Source: Minisyncoccota bacterium
GTDB taxonomy: Bacteria > Patescibacteriota > Minisyncoccia > Phycocordibacterales > UBA9973
Assembly: GCA_041674285.1 (NCBI GenBank)
Contig: JBAYVZ010000003.1
Span: 20,606-84,605, forward strand
DNA length: 64,000 bases
Direction: 5' to 3'
In this document: positions 8,577 through 18,560 of the stretch, piece after piece
How the letters are laid out: each line of letters starts with the position of its first letter
How positions within the stretch are numbered: the stretch's first letter is position 1
Notes under the pieces: generated by a model
What the model saw: only the letters and a program-made list of their open reading frames with translations
Databases searched by the model: none
What the model was told of the DNA's origin: nothing
Made by a program: the position numbers and the translations under genes

Positions 8577-10070
8577 ATGACAAATACACCAAAACTAGCA
8601 GTATCTGGATACCGAGGTATCTGGGGAGATACACTAACAATAGACACAGCAAAAAAATACGCTCAATCTTTTGGACTATTCATAAAAGAATCAGGCCCAA
8701 GGCAAGGCCTTGGGCTGACTGTACTCGTAGGTCGCGATGGACGCGAGAGTGGACCTGCAATCAGAGATGCGATAATCCCAGTACTAGAGAGTATGGGTAT
8801 CGATGTTATAGACGGAGATGTCCTCCCTACCCCGACAGTACTCCTAGCTGTACGAGAGAATAAATATGACGGAGCGATCATCATCACAGCTAGTCACAAT
8901 CCTATCGAATACAATGGATTAAAATTCGTAACTGCGAGTGGATTCTTTACCGATGAATCTGAGGTTGAAAAAATTAAAAAGTATTTCAGTTCTCCTCTTG
9001 AGGAGTACCCGCAGGGGGAGGTGGATGATTCCCGTCCACCTCGTCTTTTGAGTACAGAGTCCATCCTTACAGGATCGGTACACCTTTCGCATCTGAGTAC
9101 AGAAGCTCAAGGTCTTGCAGTTGGGTCCCTGTCCCAACTTCACCCTCAAGATGGGAATAAAATTCAGAGCGAGCTGATTAAAATGCACTCAGATAAAATC
9201 CTCTCCCACATAGATGTAGAGCTTATCAAATCTAAAAATTTCAAAGTCGCAGTGGATATGACCAATGGTGCTGCATCTGTGATGGACCCATATCTATTCG
9301 AGCAATTAGACATAGAACTGATACCGATAAATAATGTGGCGGATGGAAAATTCACACACAAACCAGAACCACTAAAACAAAATCTCGGTGAGATTGAAAA
9401 ACTAGTACTCGATAGTGGTGCTGACATAGGATTTGCTCAGGACCCAGATGCAGACAGACTCGTAGTTATAAATGAAAAAGGAGAAATGATATCTGAGGAA
9501 TACACGATAGCCCTCGCAGTAGAGGCAGTACTGTCGGTCGGTGATCATGATGGAGGTACTGTAGTAGTGAACATGTCTACATCACAGATGAATGCAGATA
9601 TTGCAGAAAAATACGGATCAAAATGTATCCGATCAAAAGTCGGAGAAGCAAATGTAGTCGGAGAGATGATAAAGAACAATTCAATTATCGGTGGTGAAGG
9701 AGGCGGAGGAGCTATCTACCCTACTATGAATTTTGCACGTGATAGTTTCTCAACTCTAGCACTCATACTAGAAATACTCGCAAAGAGAAATCTAAAAGTT
9801 TCTGAACTAGTAGATACACTACCTACATACTTTATGAAAAAAGACAAAGTGGATGTATCAGGTAGTCTATCTGAGATGTACTCAAAATTAAAGACACATT
9901 TTTTAGAGGCACAGATAAATGAGCTAGATGGCATCCGATTAGACTTTGCAGATAGATCATGGATCCATCTACGCCCATCGAATACAGAGCCTATAATTCG
10001 CCTGTACGGTGAAGCTAATACTCCCGAAAAAATAGAAGAGCTTTTCAGCGAAACAAAGGCTCTATTCTAG
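8577..10070 (+). CDS. phosphohexomutase family protein (phosphoglucosamine mutase / phosphomannomutase-like)
   Basis: Active-site loop TASHNP and sugar-phosphate binding motifs; ~50-aa GC-richer insertion at 9009-9180. Confidence 0.75.
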   Translation: MTNTPKLAVSGYRGIWGDTLTIDTAKKYAQSFGLFIKESGPRQGLGLTVLVGRDGRESGPAIRDAIIPVLESMGIDVIDGDVLPTPTVLLAVRENKYDGAIIITASHNPIEYNGLKFVTASGFFTDESEVEKIKKYFSSPLEEYPQGEVDDSRPPRLLSTESILTGSVHLSHLSTEAQGLAVGSLSQLHPQDGNKIQSELIKMHSDKILSHIDVELIKSKNFKVAVDMTNGAASVMDPYLFEQLDIELIPINNVADGKFTHKPEPLKQNLGEIEKLVLDSGADIGFAQDPDADRLVVINEKGEMISEEYTIALAVEAVLSVGDHDGGTVVVNMSTSQMNADIAEKYGSKCIRSKVGEANVVGEMIKNNSIIGGEGGGGAIYPTMNFARDSFSTLALILEILAKRNLKVSELVDTLPTYFMKKDKVDVSGSLSEMYSKLKTHFLEAQINELDGIRLDFADRSWIHLRPSNTEPIIRLYGEANTPEKIEELFSETKALF

Positions 10071-10127
10071 ATAATTGGACAAAAAGACAAATATCGGTTA
10101 TTTTAAAAGAAAAACACATTTTAAAAT

Positions 10128-10607
10128 ATGAAGATAGATAACATAAAAGTAGCTATCTTTCATAGAAAAGATACTACAGAAATACAAGCAGAGATGCATA
10201 GTGAAAATTCCTATAATCTGGGCAAAAAAGAAATCGATGATAATTTTAGAATAGAGTTCGAATCTATGTCAAATCAAAAATTCCTAATTTTCCACGAAAA
10301 CAAAAATGGACACTATGAAAATCTTGAAGAAGAAATCGATAGTAAAATTTTAACAAAAATTTCAATCCACAGAAAATTAATTCTAGTGATAATAAAATCT
10401 GGAGGTATGGCCAACCAATACGAACTGGAAATAAAACACGAAAATCACGAGAGTTTGTTTTGGTTTTCACACCCAAAACCAATTAAAATTTTCATGCATT
10501 CGAACGGGATTCCTGACTCTAAAGAAATAGATAGGAATAGAAACCATTTCTTTCTTCAAGCCATCTTTTCGATGATGGACGAAACAGAACTAACAAAAAT
10601 AAGCTAA
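10128..10607 (+). CDS. hypothetical protein
   Basis: ORF only; no motif recognised. Confidence 0.35.
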   Translation: MKIDNIKVAIFHRKDTTEIQAEMHSENSYNLGKKEIDDNFRIEFESMSNQKFLIFHENKNGHYENLEEEIDSKILTKISIHRKLILVIIKSGGMANQYELEIKHENHESLFWFSHPKPIKIFMHSNGIPDSKEIDRNRNHFFLQAIFSMMDETELTKIS

Positions 10608-10634
10608 CACATGGAAATGTATTAGCTTATTTTT

Positions 10635-11399
10635 TTATTTAACACTCTTGATATCATGCTCCCCTATCTTTGTCCTCTTTATATGATATGCGAGAGATTT
10701 TACTCCTAGCACTTTTCCTAGTTCATGAGCAATAGTCCGCATATACGCACCAGACCCACAAGAGATCAAAATTTTTAATATAGGAAATTCAATTACTTCT
10801 GATTCACCGATAAAATGATCCCAGTCTTTTAATATCACTTCTTGACGGAAGTCGCCATCCACTGATGACACTACACTCTTTACATGCTTCAACAAATCAT
10901 CTTTTGAGATAGTCTTTTCTTCTAATATATCTATCTTTGAAATCTTTACTTTATGTTTTGGTATTTCAATCCCAGCCAAGCCTCCCTCTCGAGCGATCTG
11001 GAACAGTGGCTTGCCATCTACTGGCTTTGAGGAATATGGTGGATACTCCTGCTCAACCTCTCCGGTGAATTGTTTGAGGGCTTGATCTATCAGACTATTA
11101 TCAATCGTTGTCTTTGAAATTTCAACTCCCATCACCCTACCTAATAGATCGTAGGTATCCGTCTCGAAACCAAACAGTATAGACAATTCGTATTCTTTAT
11201 TTAAGTCCAAATATTTATCTTTTTCTTTACAGTCCTCTCCCACCAATACTAGCAACAAACCCTCCGCCACTGGATCTAGGCGCCCAGCATATGTCATAGG
11301 TAGTTTTTCCCATTCGGGGTGATTAAAACGAGCTTTTTCCATAGCCTCAAGCGGAGTCTCCCCTATTCTCTTGTATATGATTATCGGTCCGTATGTCAT
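10635..11399 (-). CDS. truB: tRNA pseudouridine synthase, TruB-like
   Basis: Catalytic motif AGRLDPVAEGLL and C-terminal GAYMRTIAHELG segment. Confidence 0.6.
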   Translation of the reverse strand: MTYGPIIIYKRIGETPLEAMEKARFNHPEWEKLPMTYAGRLDPVAEGLLLVLVGEDCKEKDKYLDLNKEYELSILFGFETDTYDLLGRVMGVEISKTTIDNSLIDQALKQFTGEVEQEYPPYSSKPVDGKPLFQIAREGGLAGIEIPKHKVKISKIDILEEKTISKDDLLKHVKSVVSSVDGDFRQEVILKDWDHFIGESEVIEFPILKILISCGSGAYMRTIAHELGKVLGVKSLAYHIKRTKIGEHDIKSVK

Positions 11400-11500
11400 C
11401 TTGCCATAATAACACAGATATGCTATTATCTGGTACAGGTATGTCCCTCCTTATTAAACCAACATTGTTGGAGGTAAAGGACGACAATCTATTATTTTAT

Positions 11501-12025
11501 ATTGATATTCACTTGAGAGAACGAATAAACAACCAAATACGAGCATCCGAACTACGTGTACTATCTAGTACGGGTGAAAACATAGGTGTTTTACCTTTTA
11601 AAGAGGCGCTTTCAATGGCCGAAAAAGAAGGTTTGGATTTGATAGAGATATCGCCCAATGCAGTTCCACCAATAGCAAAGATAATGGATTTTGGTAAATA
11701 CCAATACGAGCAGAGCAAAAAGCAAAAAAAAGCAAAACAAGGTGCAAAAGCATCTGAAACAAAGTCTATCCAGATCAAGATCGCTACAGGAGACAATGAC
11801 CTAGCTTTAAAAGCTCGCAAAGCTTCGGAATGGTTAAAAGAAGGCCACCGTATAAAAGTAGAACTATTCCTGTCTGGAAGAGCAAAGTATATGAATGATA
11901 CTTTCCTAAAAGAAAGACTAGATAGAGTACTTCATTTGATTACAGAAAATTATAAGGTTGCTGAAAATTATAAGAAAGGTCCTAAAGGTCCAACTATCAC
12001 GATAGAAAGAGATAGTAAAAAATAA
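11501..12025 (+). CDS. infC: translation initiation factor IF-3, probable non-AUG (ATT) start; the ORF is open from 11393
   Basis: Aligns well to IF-3 (RINNQIRASELRV...LDLIEISPNAVPPIAKIMDFGK); length from 11501 (174 aa) matches IF-3; a start at 11393 would collide with divergent truB. Confidence 0.7.
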   Translation: MDIHLRERINNQIRASELRVLSSTGENIGVLPFKEALSMAEKEGLDLIEISPNAVPPIAKIMDFGKYQYEQSKKQKKAKQGAKASETKSIQIKIATGDNDLALKARKASEWLKEGHRIKVELFLSGRAKYMNDTFLKERLDRVLHLITENYKVAENYKKGPKGPTITIERDSKK

Positions 12026-12031
12026 AATTGT

Positions 12032-12223
12032 ATGAGTATAAAAACAAATAAATCATTAACAAAGCGTTTGAAGGTTACAAAGAATGGCAAGATCCTATCA
12101 CGTGCACCAGGATTCAACCACTTCAACAGTAAGCAATCTCGCACAAAACAGCTTGCTGGGAAAAAGATGCAGAATCTTAATCTTACAAACAAAATTACAA
12201 GAACATATTTGCCTAACGCGTAA
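12032..12223 (+). CDS. rpmI: 50S ribosomal protein L35
   Basis: 63-aa basic protein; infC-rpmI-rplT synteny. Confidence 0.8.
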   Translation: MSIKTNKSLTKRLKVTKNGKILSRAPGFNHFNSKQSRTKQLAGKKMQNLNLTNKITRTYLPNA

Positions 12224-12253
12224 GACAATATACTAATTTACTAAAATACATAT

Positions 12254-12601
12254 ATGACAAGAGTTAAAAGAGGTACAATTAAAAACAAGCGTCGAAAGAA
12301 TATCCTTTCACAGACAAAAGGATTCCGCTTTGGACGCAGTACAAAAGAAGCTGCAGCAAAGGATGCATTGATGCACGCAGGAGCATACTCATTTGCCCAC
12401 AGAAAAGACAAAAAGGGTGATGCACGCCGTCTATGGCAAGTAAGAATCTCTGCCGCAACTGTAAAACTAGGTATGTCTTACAGTAAGTTTATGGGAGCTC
12501 TAAAGAAAAAGGATATAAAGCTTGATCGCAAGATCCTAGCAGACCTAGCAAGAAAGAACCCAGAGACATTCGCAAGAGTATACGCAACAGCAACAAAATA
12601 A
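12254..12601 (+). CDS. rplT: 50S ribosomal protein L20
   Basis: MTRVKRG...SYSKF...KILADLA; classic L20. Confidence 0.9.
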   Translation: MTRVKRGTIKNKRRKNILSQTKGFRFGRSTKEAAAKDALMHAGAYSFAHRKDKKGDARRLWQVRISAATVKLGMSYSKFMGALKKKDIKLDRKILADLARKNPETFARVYATATK

Positions 12602-12612
12602 ACCATACAAAT

Positions 12613-12647
12613 AAAAAATCTTACAGGTCTTGCCTGTAAGATTTTTT
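12613..12647. terminator. bidirectional terminator (AAAAAATCTTACAGG-TCTTG-CCTGTAAGATTTTTT)
   Basis: Perfect hairpin flanked by A-run and T-run, between convergent rplT and the RNase J-like gene. Confidence 0.7.
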
Positions 12648-12654
12648 ATTTGTA

Positions 12655-14028
12655 TTAGCATTCTAGTATCACACTATCCCCCGCCATAGGAGTCTCGACA
12701 TTTATATCGAGATTATCCTTTAGTTTTTGAGCTAAGAACATAGCTGCCTTTGGCTCACCCATAACTACAAAAACTTTCTTTACAGTGCTAGCTGTGTCTG
12801 AGACGAATTCAAGCAGGTGGTCGGAATCTTTGTGTCCAGAGTATCCTGTAATCTTTTCCATACGGGCTGCAACCTTTACATCTTGACCTTGTATCCGGAT
12901 TATCTTGTGACCCTCCTCTATAGAGCGACCCAGAGTACCTACAGCCTGATAACCGATCAGGAGCAGTGTATTCTTTGGGTCAGGCAAATAATTCTTCTCG
13001 TGATGAATTATTCTACCCCCATTACTCATACCGGACCCTGCTATGATAATCTTGGGATTTGGAGATCGTAGTATTGCCTTGGATTCTTCTGTATCTGGTG
13101 TGATTTTGAGCCCCGGGAAATTAAATATATCATCTCCACCCATAATCACTTTGCGGGCAGTCTCATTGAAGTACTTTTCATACTTTTTATAAATCTTGGT
13201 CAGAGTGATGGCCAGTGGTGAATCCAAGTATATAGGCATCACTGGTATCTCCTTTTTCTCAACAAAAAGATCTATCTCGTACATCAACTCTTGGGTCCTT
13301 TCTAGGGAGAATGATGGTATCATAAGAACTCCGCCCCTTTTGTAATTGTCCAATATAATTTGCTTTAATCTATCAGATCTAACCTCTCTATCCTCATGAT
13401 TTCTATCTCCATATACAGACTCCATAATCATGTAATCTGCATCTGTAATCTTTTCAGTATCTCGTAGTAGTGGAGACGGAGAATTACCTAGGTCACCAGT
13501 GAATACTATCTTCTTTCCGTTGTATACTACCTCGAGCATTCCAGATCCGAGGATATGCCCAGAATCCTTGTATGAGAATTGGAAGCCATGATCCACATTC
13601 ATAATTTGATGGTAATCGAGTACCTCCCATAGGGCCATCGCTTTTTTTGTATTCTCCATGATGTATATCAAGTCTAGGTGATGTATGACATCGTGAGAAA
13701 GTAGATGGTCTGTATCCTCGAGCATTGCCTCGGTAATATCACGAGTAGGTATAGTAGATACTATTTTACCCTGGAATCCTTCGTGGATGAGCTTTGGTAT
13801 AAGACCGATATGATCGATGTGCCCATGTGTAATAAAAAGTATATCAATCTCTTTTGGATCATAAGGAAATGCATCCCAGTTATTCTGATCAGCAGAGAGA
13901 GTCCCCTGCTCTAACCCACAATCAATCAAAAACTTCTTGCCATTGCCCTCTAATAAAAAATTTGCCCCCGTTACTGTACCTGTACCACCACAGAAAGTAA
14001 GCTTGAGATTTGTATCTTTTTGTTCCAT
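12655..14028 (-). CDS. MBL-fold beta-CASP ribonuclease (RNase J-like)
   Basis: HxHxDH motif (FITHGHIDHIG), beta-CASP region, 457 aa. Confidence 0.7.
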   Translation of the reverse strand: MEQKDTNLKLTFCGGTGTVTGANFLLEGNGKKFLIDCGLEQGTLSADQNNWDAFPYDPKEIDILFITHGHIDHIGLIPKLIHEGFQGKIVSTIPTRDITEAMLEDTDHLLSHDVIHHLDLIYIMENTKKAMALWEVLDYHQIMNVDHGFQFSYKDSGHILGSGMLEVVYNGKKIVFTGDLGNSPSPLLRDTEKITDADYMIMESVYGDRNHEDREVRSDRLKQIILDNYKRGGVLMIPSFSLERTQELMYEIDLFVEKKEIPVMPIYLDSPLAITLTKIYKKYEKYFNETARKVIMGGDDIFNFPGLKITPDTEESKAILRSPNPKIIIAGSGMSNGGRIIHHEKNYLPDPKNTLLLIGYQAVGTLGRSIEEGHKIIRIQGQDVKVAARMEKITGYSGHKDSDHLLEFVSDTASTVKKVFVVMGEPKAAMFLAQKLKDNLDINVETPMAGDSVILEC

Positions 14029-14147
14029 CCCGTTAGAAGTAGATAATCTTTAGATTATCGTACTTAAATTAAATAATAAAATCAAAATATCACGAATATC
14101 TTAATATAACTCCCGTAGCCAGAACAACATATGTGACTTCTAACGGG
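14029..14147 (-). promoter_or_regulatory. structured 5' leader element, copy C (outer stem CCCGTTAGAAGT/ACTTCTAACGGG; inner hairpin GATAATC-TTTA-GATTATC)
   Basis: Same architecture as copies A and B, with compensatory base changes in both stems. Confidence 0.5.
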
Positions 14148-14190
14148 ATTCCATTCTTATATTATATCTGAGAGTAAAAATATTTACTAA

Positions 14191-14688
14191 TTACCAGTAG
14201 CGCATGAATACTAGGGCGCAGATAGCGCCAGTAGTATCCCAGAATATATCAGCAGATGTATCTACTATATCCCATGGCACCCCTGCTATTATATTGTTAA
14301 ATATATATTCAAATACCTCCCACAGTAAACCCACGAGTATAGCCCCAAATATCAATAGTATAATCTTGCGATAGAATAAAAAATCGAACTGTATCTTTTC
14401 ATAAAAAAAGTATGTCAATAAAAGTAAGGTAGTGAATCCTCCAACAAAATGCATAGGCATATCGAACCACCAGATAGCTTGATACCAGAAAAACTTCATA
14501 GACAAAATATTGATAATTGCCAATAAAGAAAACAGAATTGCTGTATATTTGATTATTCTCTTGCGTGTCATCATATATAAAGTGTAGCAAATATAAATAT
14601 AAATGAAAAATCCCCTCCATTTCTGAAGAGGATTACTCATTAGGGCTATCAAAGACATATTACCGTAGCTATAAACTACGTGGGACAA
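14191..14688 (-). CDS. small polytopic membrane protein (true start possibly at MMTRKR, 14574)
   Basis: 4 predicted TM helices; no family assigned. Confidence 0.4.
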   Translation of the reverse strand: MSHVVYSYGNMSLIALMSNPLQKWRGFFIYIYICYTLYMMTRKRIIKYTAILFSLLAIINILSMKFFWYQAIWWFDMPMHFVGGFTTLLLLTYFFYEKIQFDFLFYRKIILLIFGAILVGLLWEVFEYIFNNIIAGVPWDIVDTSADIFWDTTGAICALVFMRYW

Positions 14689-14978
14689 GAGAATTTTACA
14701 AATTTGTTCGCAATATATAATTTAAAGCGTACAGTTTTGCAAGATTACACCGGTGTCCCCTATGTAATGTGTTCTAGGTAATATTTCATCAATAACCCTA
14801 CATCTATTATACCGGACACAGGAACTGTCGCAAGTATTTTTTCGATACATCACAGTTTTGACACACATTGCAAATAGTATTTATAGAAAAAATCAAGTTT
14901 ACCCCGTAATAATTTTTGTGATTACTCATATTTACCACTGAAAGTTATATTTAAAAATTTAGTATGGGGTTGATGAAA

Positions 14979-15620
14979 CTAAAATTCAATTTTTTTCAAT
15001 TCTTCAAAATATTTTTCAATTGATTCATCAGTTATGTCTTCTGGATTTATTCTTAAATGAGAAAAAAGTTCTTTCTCAACCTCTCTTATACAATCATAGA
15101 GCATATCTCGATCAGAATCTGTGGTGTGACTAGTATCTGCATATCTTTTATTTGCATCCATCAGTCTTTCTTCGAGGGATTTCACTCCAAATGGTGCCAC
15201 CCTACTATCCGCATAGCTTGCTATCTTGTGCTCCCAGGAACCCTCATCTTTTGCAAGGCACCAATTATGAAAACCTACGGCATCCACGATACCCAGTATG
15301 TCTTTGGATACACCTATATCACCAGCTACACCCATATTTGCCTCGTGTTCTTCAGGGCCATACTTTTCTATATATTGCTTTTGAATATTTTCCCAGTATT
15401 CTACATCTTCACCTTCGAGCAATTCAGGGAACGCTCTTAGTCGGAATTTAACAATATTGCCGATATCATGGAGCATACAACCAATAGCTAAATCTTTTCT
15501 ATTCAATTCAACATTAAAATTATCACATATTTGCATAGCAACAGCCGCCACACGCAACTGGTGCAACTGCAGATTCGGCATTGTATGATATTCCCCGTAT
15601 ATATCCCCTATTGTTCTCAT
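14979..15620 (-). CDS. HD-domain (HDIG) phosphohydrolase
   Basis: H...HD motif (MLHDIGN) and downstream D. Confidence 0.6.
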   Translation of the reverse strand: MRTIGDIYGEYHTMPNLQLHQLRVAAVAMQICDNFNVELNRKDLAIGCMLHDIGNIVKFRLRAFPELLEGEDVEYWENIQKQYIEKYGPEEHEANMGVAGDIGVSKDILGIVDAVGFHNWCLAKDEGSWEHKIASYADSRVAPFGVKSLEERLMDANKRYADTSHTTDSDRDMLYDCIREVEKELFSHLRINPEDITDESIEKYFEELKKIEF

Positions 15621-15631
15621 ATAAAATTATT

Positions 15632-16171
15632 TTAAAACCTCATTTCTGACCAATTTAATTTGTATTTATTTTCAATCAAAGTCCTCTCGCCGTCATTCCA
15701 AGTCTCGTGACTTTCTAGTCCCAGCATTGTAATCATCTTATTTATTTCATCAACACTACCTGCCTCGATCTCCAGATATGATGGCATCCTCGGATATGTA
15801 TCAAAATCAAATTGAACATTATCTAAAGTCCAAGATACTCTATTCTTCTCTTGATGAGCATATGACACGAGGCCGAGCTCGATGAACATATCCTGCATCT
15901 TTTCATGACTATCTACTATCACATTTATCTCTTTGTGCTTACGAGCAACTCCGATCAAATCTGATTTTGCTTTCCATGTGACCTCTACCTTACCTGTACT
16001 ATATGAGCGAATACGTAAGAACCAAGGATTATCATCCTTTGAGACATTGGCAAAACTAAACCAGTCCACAACTAGGCCCACCTCTTGAATCTGCTTTGCT
16101 CCCATTGCTTCAAGCTTTTCCTTTAATATTTTTCCATCTACTTCTAAAACTTTTGTTTCTATTTCATGCAT
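15632..16171 (-). CDS. CYTH-domain protein (triphosphate tunnel metalloenzyme / CyaB-like)
   Basis: N-terminal EIETKVLEV (ExExK) signature; ~180 aa. Confidence 0.6.
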   Translation of the reverse strand: MHEIETKVLEVDGKILKEKLEAMGAKQIQEVGLVVDWFSFANVSKDDNPWFLRIRSYSTGKVEVTWKAKSDLIGVARKHKEINVIVDSHEKMQDMFIELGLVSYAHQEKNRVSWTLDNVQFDFDTYPRMPSYLEIEAGSVDEINKMITMLGLESHETWNDGERTLIENKYKLNWSEMRF

Positions 16172-16175
16172 AAAT

Positions 16176-16823
16176 TTATTTAATTAATTTTCTAGCTTCT
16201 TCTTCTACCAGACTTGCAAATTCTTTAATTTTTGGATCATAGTCAGACCATTCGTGCATATAACTCATTGATTTATTGAAATTCTCCTCTGTCCAATTCT
16301 TAGATTCCCTCTTCCAGTCAATTATCTGCACTGTTGCCTCGATTTTATCTAAGGCATAAGCAAATCGCCCTTCTGCAGTTGAAAATTCTTTATTTGCCTT
16401 TGTATTAATATATTCCTTAAATAGATTTAAAAATTCTGAATATAACTCAGCGGGTAATTCTTTAAATATAATCTCAGCAGAAGATACTTCTCTTTTATAT
16501 TTTTCCTGAAATGCATCTTCATTGAAAGCATGCCCTCCCCCGCCTGAATGTGTTGCTACGGGGCTATAGTCTAAGGCTATGATTTCAACAATATCATGAA
16601 CAAGGATCATCTTTAAAACTTTTTCTAAAGATACTTTATCATTCAAATATGGAGCCAACATTACAGCCAGAATTGCCATTCTATATGAGTGCTCGGCTAC
16701 ACTATCCCAACGCTCTATGCCCTCATTCTCCCAACCAGGCATACCCTTGAAACGTAGCAAATGCTTTACCTTATATACTTCATGGGTGAAATTTAGAATT
16801 TTAATTAAATCATTATTTTCCAT
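16176..16823 (-). CDS. HD-superfamily hydrolase, YfbR-like 5'-deoxynucleotidase
   Basis: AEHSYRMA...LVHDIVEI motifs. Confidence 0.6.
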   Translation of the reverse strand: MENNDLIKILNFTHEVYKVKHLLRFKGMPGWENEGIERWDSVAEHSYRMAILAVMLAPYLNDKVSLEKVLKMILVHDIVEIIALDYSPVATHSGGGGHAFNEDAFQEKYKREVSSAEIIFKELPAELYSEFLNLFKEYINTKANKEFSTAEGRFAYALDKIEATVQIIDWKRESKNWTEENFNKSMSYMHEWSDYDPKIKEFASLVEEEARKLIK

Positions 16824-16875
16824 ATTTTATTAATATAGCACAAAATCCGCCAGTGGCGGATTTTGTGCTAACTTT

Positions 16876-17388
16876 TTATTTCTTAGTCTGTGTAAATTTT
16901 TCGTGAGCTGTACTGTATGAGAATATTTCTGTCTCTGAGAACCAATGAGCTATTTCAAGAGCAGCTTCTTCTGGATCACCTGAAGCATGAATAAGGTTTG
17001 GAATACCAACTTCATTTGCATCTGCATGACCAAAACTCATATGAGAGTAGTCCCCGCGTACCGTACCAGGAAGTGCAGACTTTGGTTCTGTGGCACCTAC
17101 CATCTTGCGCAATAATGCAACAGCCTCAACTCCCTCTAGAACAAAAGCAATAACAGGACCTTCATTCATCATAGACAATGTGACATCAAAAGCTTTTTGA
17201 CCACGACGAGAAACCATCTTGCCTATATTTTCGTAGTGATGAAAAAAGTGATCATAGCTTGGTTGTAGCATCTTTGTAGCCACAATCTTTAATCCTACTT
17301 TTTCAAAGCGAGACAAAATTTCACCCACAATTCCACGCTGTACTGCATCTGGTTTAAAAACAATAAGAGAACGTTCTATAGTTGCCAT
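16876..17388 (-). CDS. ndk: nucleoside diphosphate kinase
   Basis: IVFKPDAVQRG...GTVRGD...NLIHASGD motifs. Confidence 0.8.
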   Translation of the reverse strand: MATIERSLIVFKPDAVQRGIVGEILSRFEKVGLKIVATKMLQPSYDHFFHHYENIGKMVSRRGQKAFDVTLSMMNEGPVIAFVLEGVEAVALLRKMVGATEPKSALPGTVRGDYSHMSFGHADANEVGIPNLIHASGDPEEAALEIAHWFSETEIFSYSTAHEKFTQTKK

Positions 17389-17451
17389 AATTTATATGTA
17401 AATATTACTCAATAATGGATTCATACTACCAGAAAAAGCCTTAAAAAACAA

Positions 17452-18030
17452 CTAGCTTTTAATTTGCTGATCAAAAGTAAACACTGAGTAATCACGAAGT
17501 TTTATACCATAATGACGTTCGTATATAACCCCAGCACTATAACGAACAGCAGTAGATAAATCAAAACCTAAATCTGTCGCCACCTTTTCTACCTTTTCCA
17601 AACTCTTCCCTTCTATCTCTACATAATGAGGTATCAGTGGCCAAGAATCTATATCTATCTCCACATCATCCAAAATATAACGAGTTCTTTTGTTTTCTTG
17701 ATAATCCTCTTTTACTAGACCCAATTCGATCATCAAATCACAAGTTTTATCAAAATTATCAACTATGACTTCTGTCTCAAGCACAACAGAATCCTTGGTT
17801 ATATGTTCACGAGATATAAAATCTTTAACCTTCTTATGCGTCAGAGTCACCTTTTCCCCTTCATCACGAATACGTATATGGGCACCAGATCCAGCAAGTC
17901 GATGATCTGGGTAATCAAAGTGAACTCTTTTATAAAAGAAATCTCCGACTTTTATCGCCCCTAATTTTTCCAATTTAGAAACAAGCTCTGCAACATTAAC
18001 CTCTAAAAATTTTATCTCAATTTCTTCCAT
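17452..18030 (-). CDS. CYTH-domain protein (second paralog)
   Basis: EIEIKFLEV N-terminal signature; 192 aa. Confidence 0.6.
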   Translation of the reverse strand: MEEIEIKFLEVNVAELVSKLEKLGAIKVGDFFYKRVHFDYPDHRLAGSGAHIRIRDEGEKVTLTHKKVKDFISREHITKDSVVLETEVIVDNFDKTCDLMIELGLVKEDYQENKRTRYILDDVEIDIDSWPLIPHYVEIEGKSLEKVEKVATDLGFDLSTAVRYSAGVIYERHYGIKLRDYSVFTFDQQIKS

Positions 18031-18031
18031 A

Positions 18032-18544
18032 TTATTTTTGCCAAGCTTTTACTGATAAGGCGACCTCTTCTGCAATACCATCGATACACTCATAATTTTT
18101 TACTTCTACTTCATCAACCCAAGCATAATCTGTAAATGCCCCATCTTCTAGGACAATATCTCCACTCTTGTATTTAGCCGTAAATTTTACCAAGACAACA
18201 GGAACTTCATCTGGCCTAATAAATGTCTTACTATTTATGTAACGAATCTCAGAGAATATCTCAATACCCGCCTCCTCCATAGCCTCTCTGACTAATAATC
18301 TCTCAATCATATCATTATAGTCTAAAATATCTCCATTTATATGATCTGGATTTTCAACTGGCATATCACCCCACTCTAACTTACCCCCTATTACCCCATA
18401 CCTACCAGGATGAGCAATCTCTCTATCACTACGCTTTAAAATTAGACATTTTTTATCGCTATCGCGATATACTACAACATTCGCAACAAAATAAAATAAT
18501 TTGTCTTTCTTTGCTTTTTCAATTGAAATCTGTTTTGCGGTCAT
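18032..18544 (-). CDS. NUDIX hydrolase (start taken at MTAKQ; the ORF is open to 18637)
   Basis: Nudix box GGKLEWGD...ERLLVREAMEEAGIEI. Confidence 0.65.
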   Translation of the reverse strand: MTAKQISIEKAKKDKLFYFVANVVVYRDSDKKCLILKRSDREIAHPGRYGVIGGKLEWGDMPVENPDHINGDILDYNDMIERLLVREAMEEAGIEIFSEIRYINSKTFIRPDEVPVVLVKFTAKYKSGDIVLEDGAFTDYAWVDEVEVKNYECIDGIAEEVALSVKAWQK

Positions 18545-18560
18545 ATTATTTATTATAATT

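Noticed and set aside
8444-8647. 67-aa minus-strand ORF upstream of the phosphohexomutase gene
   Set aside because: It overlaps the duplicated ssrA 3' end, the promoter region and the 5' end of the plus-strand gene. No RBS or motif.
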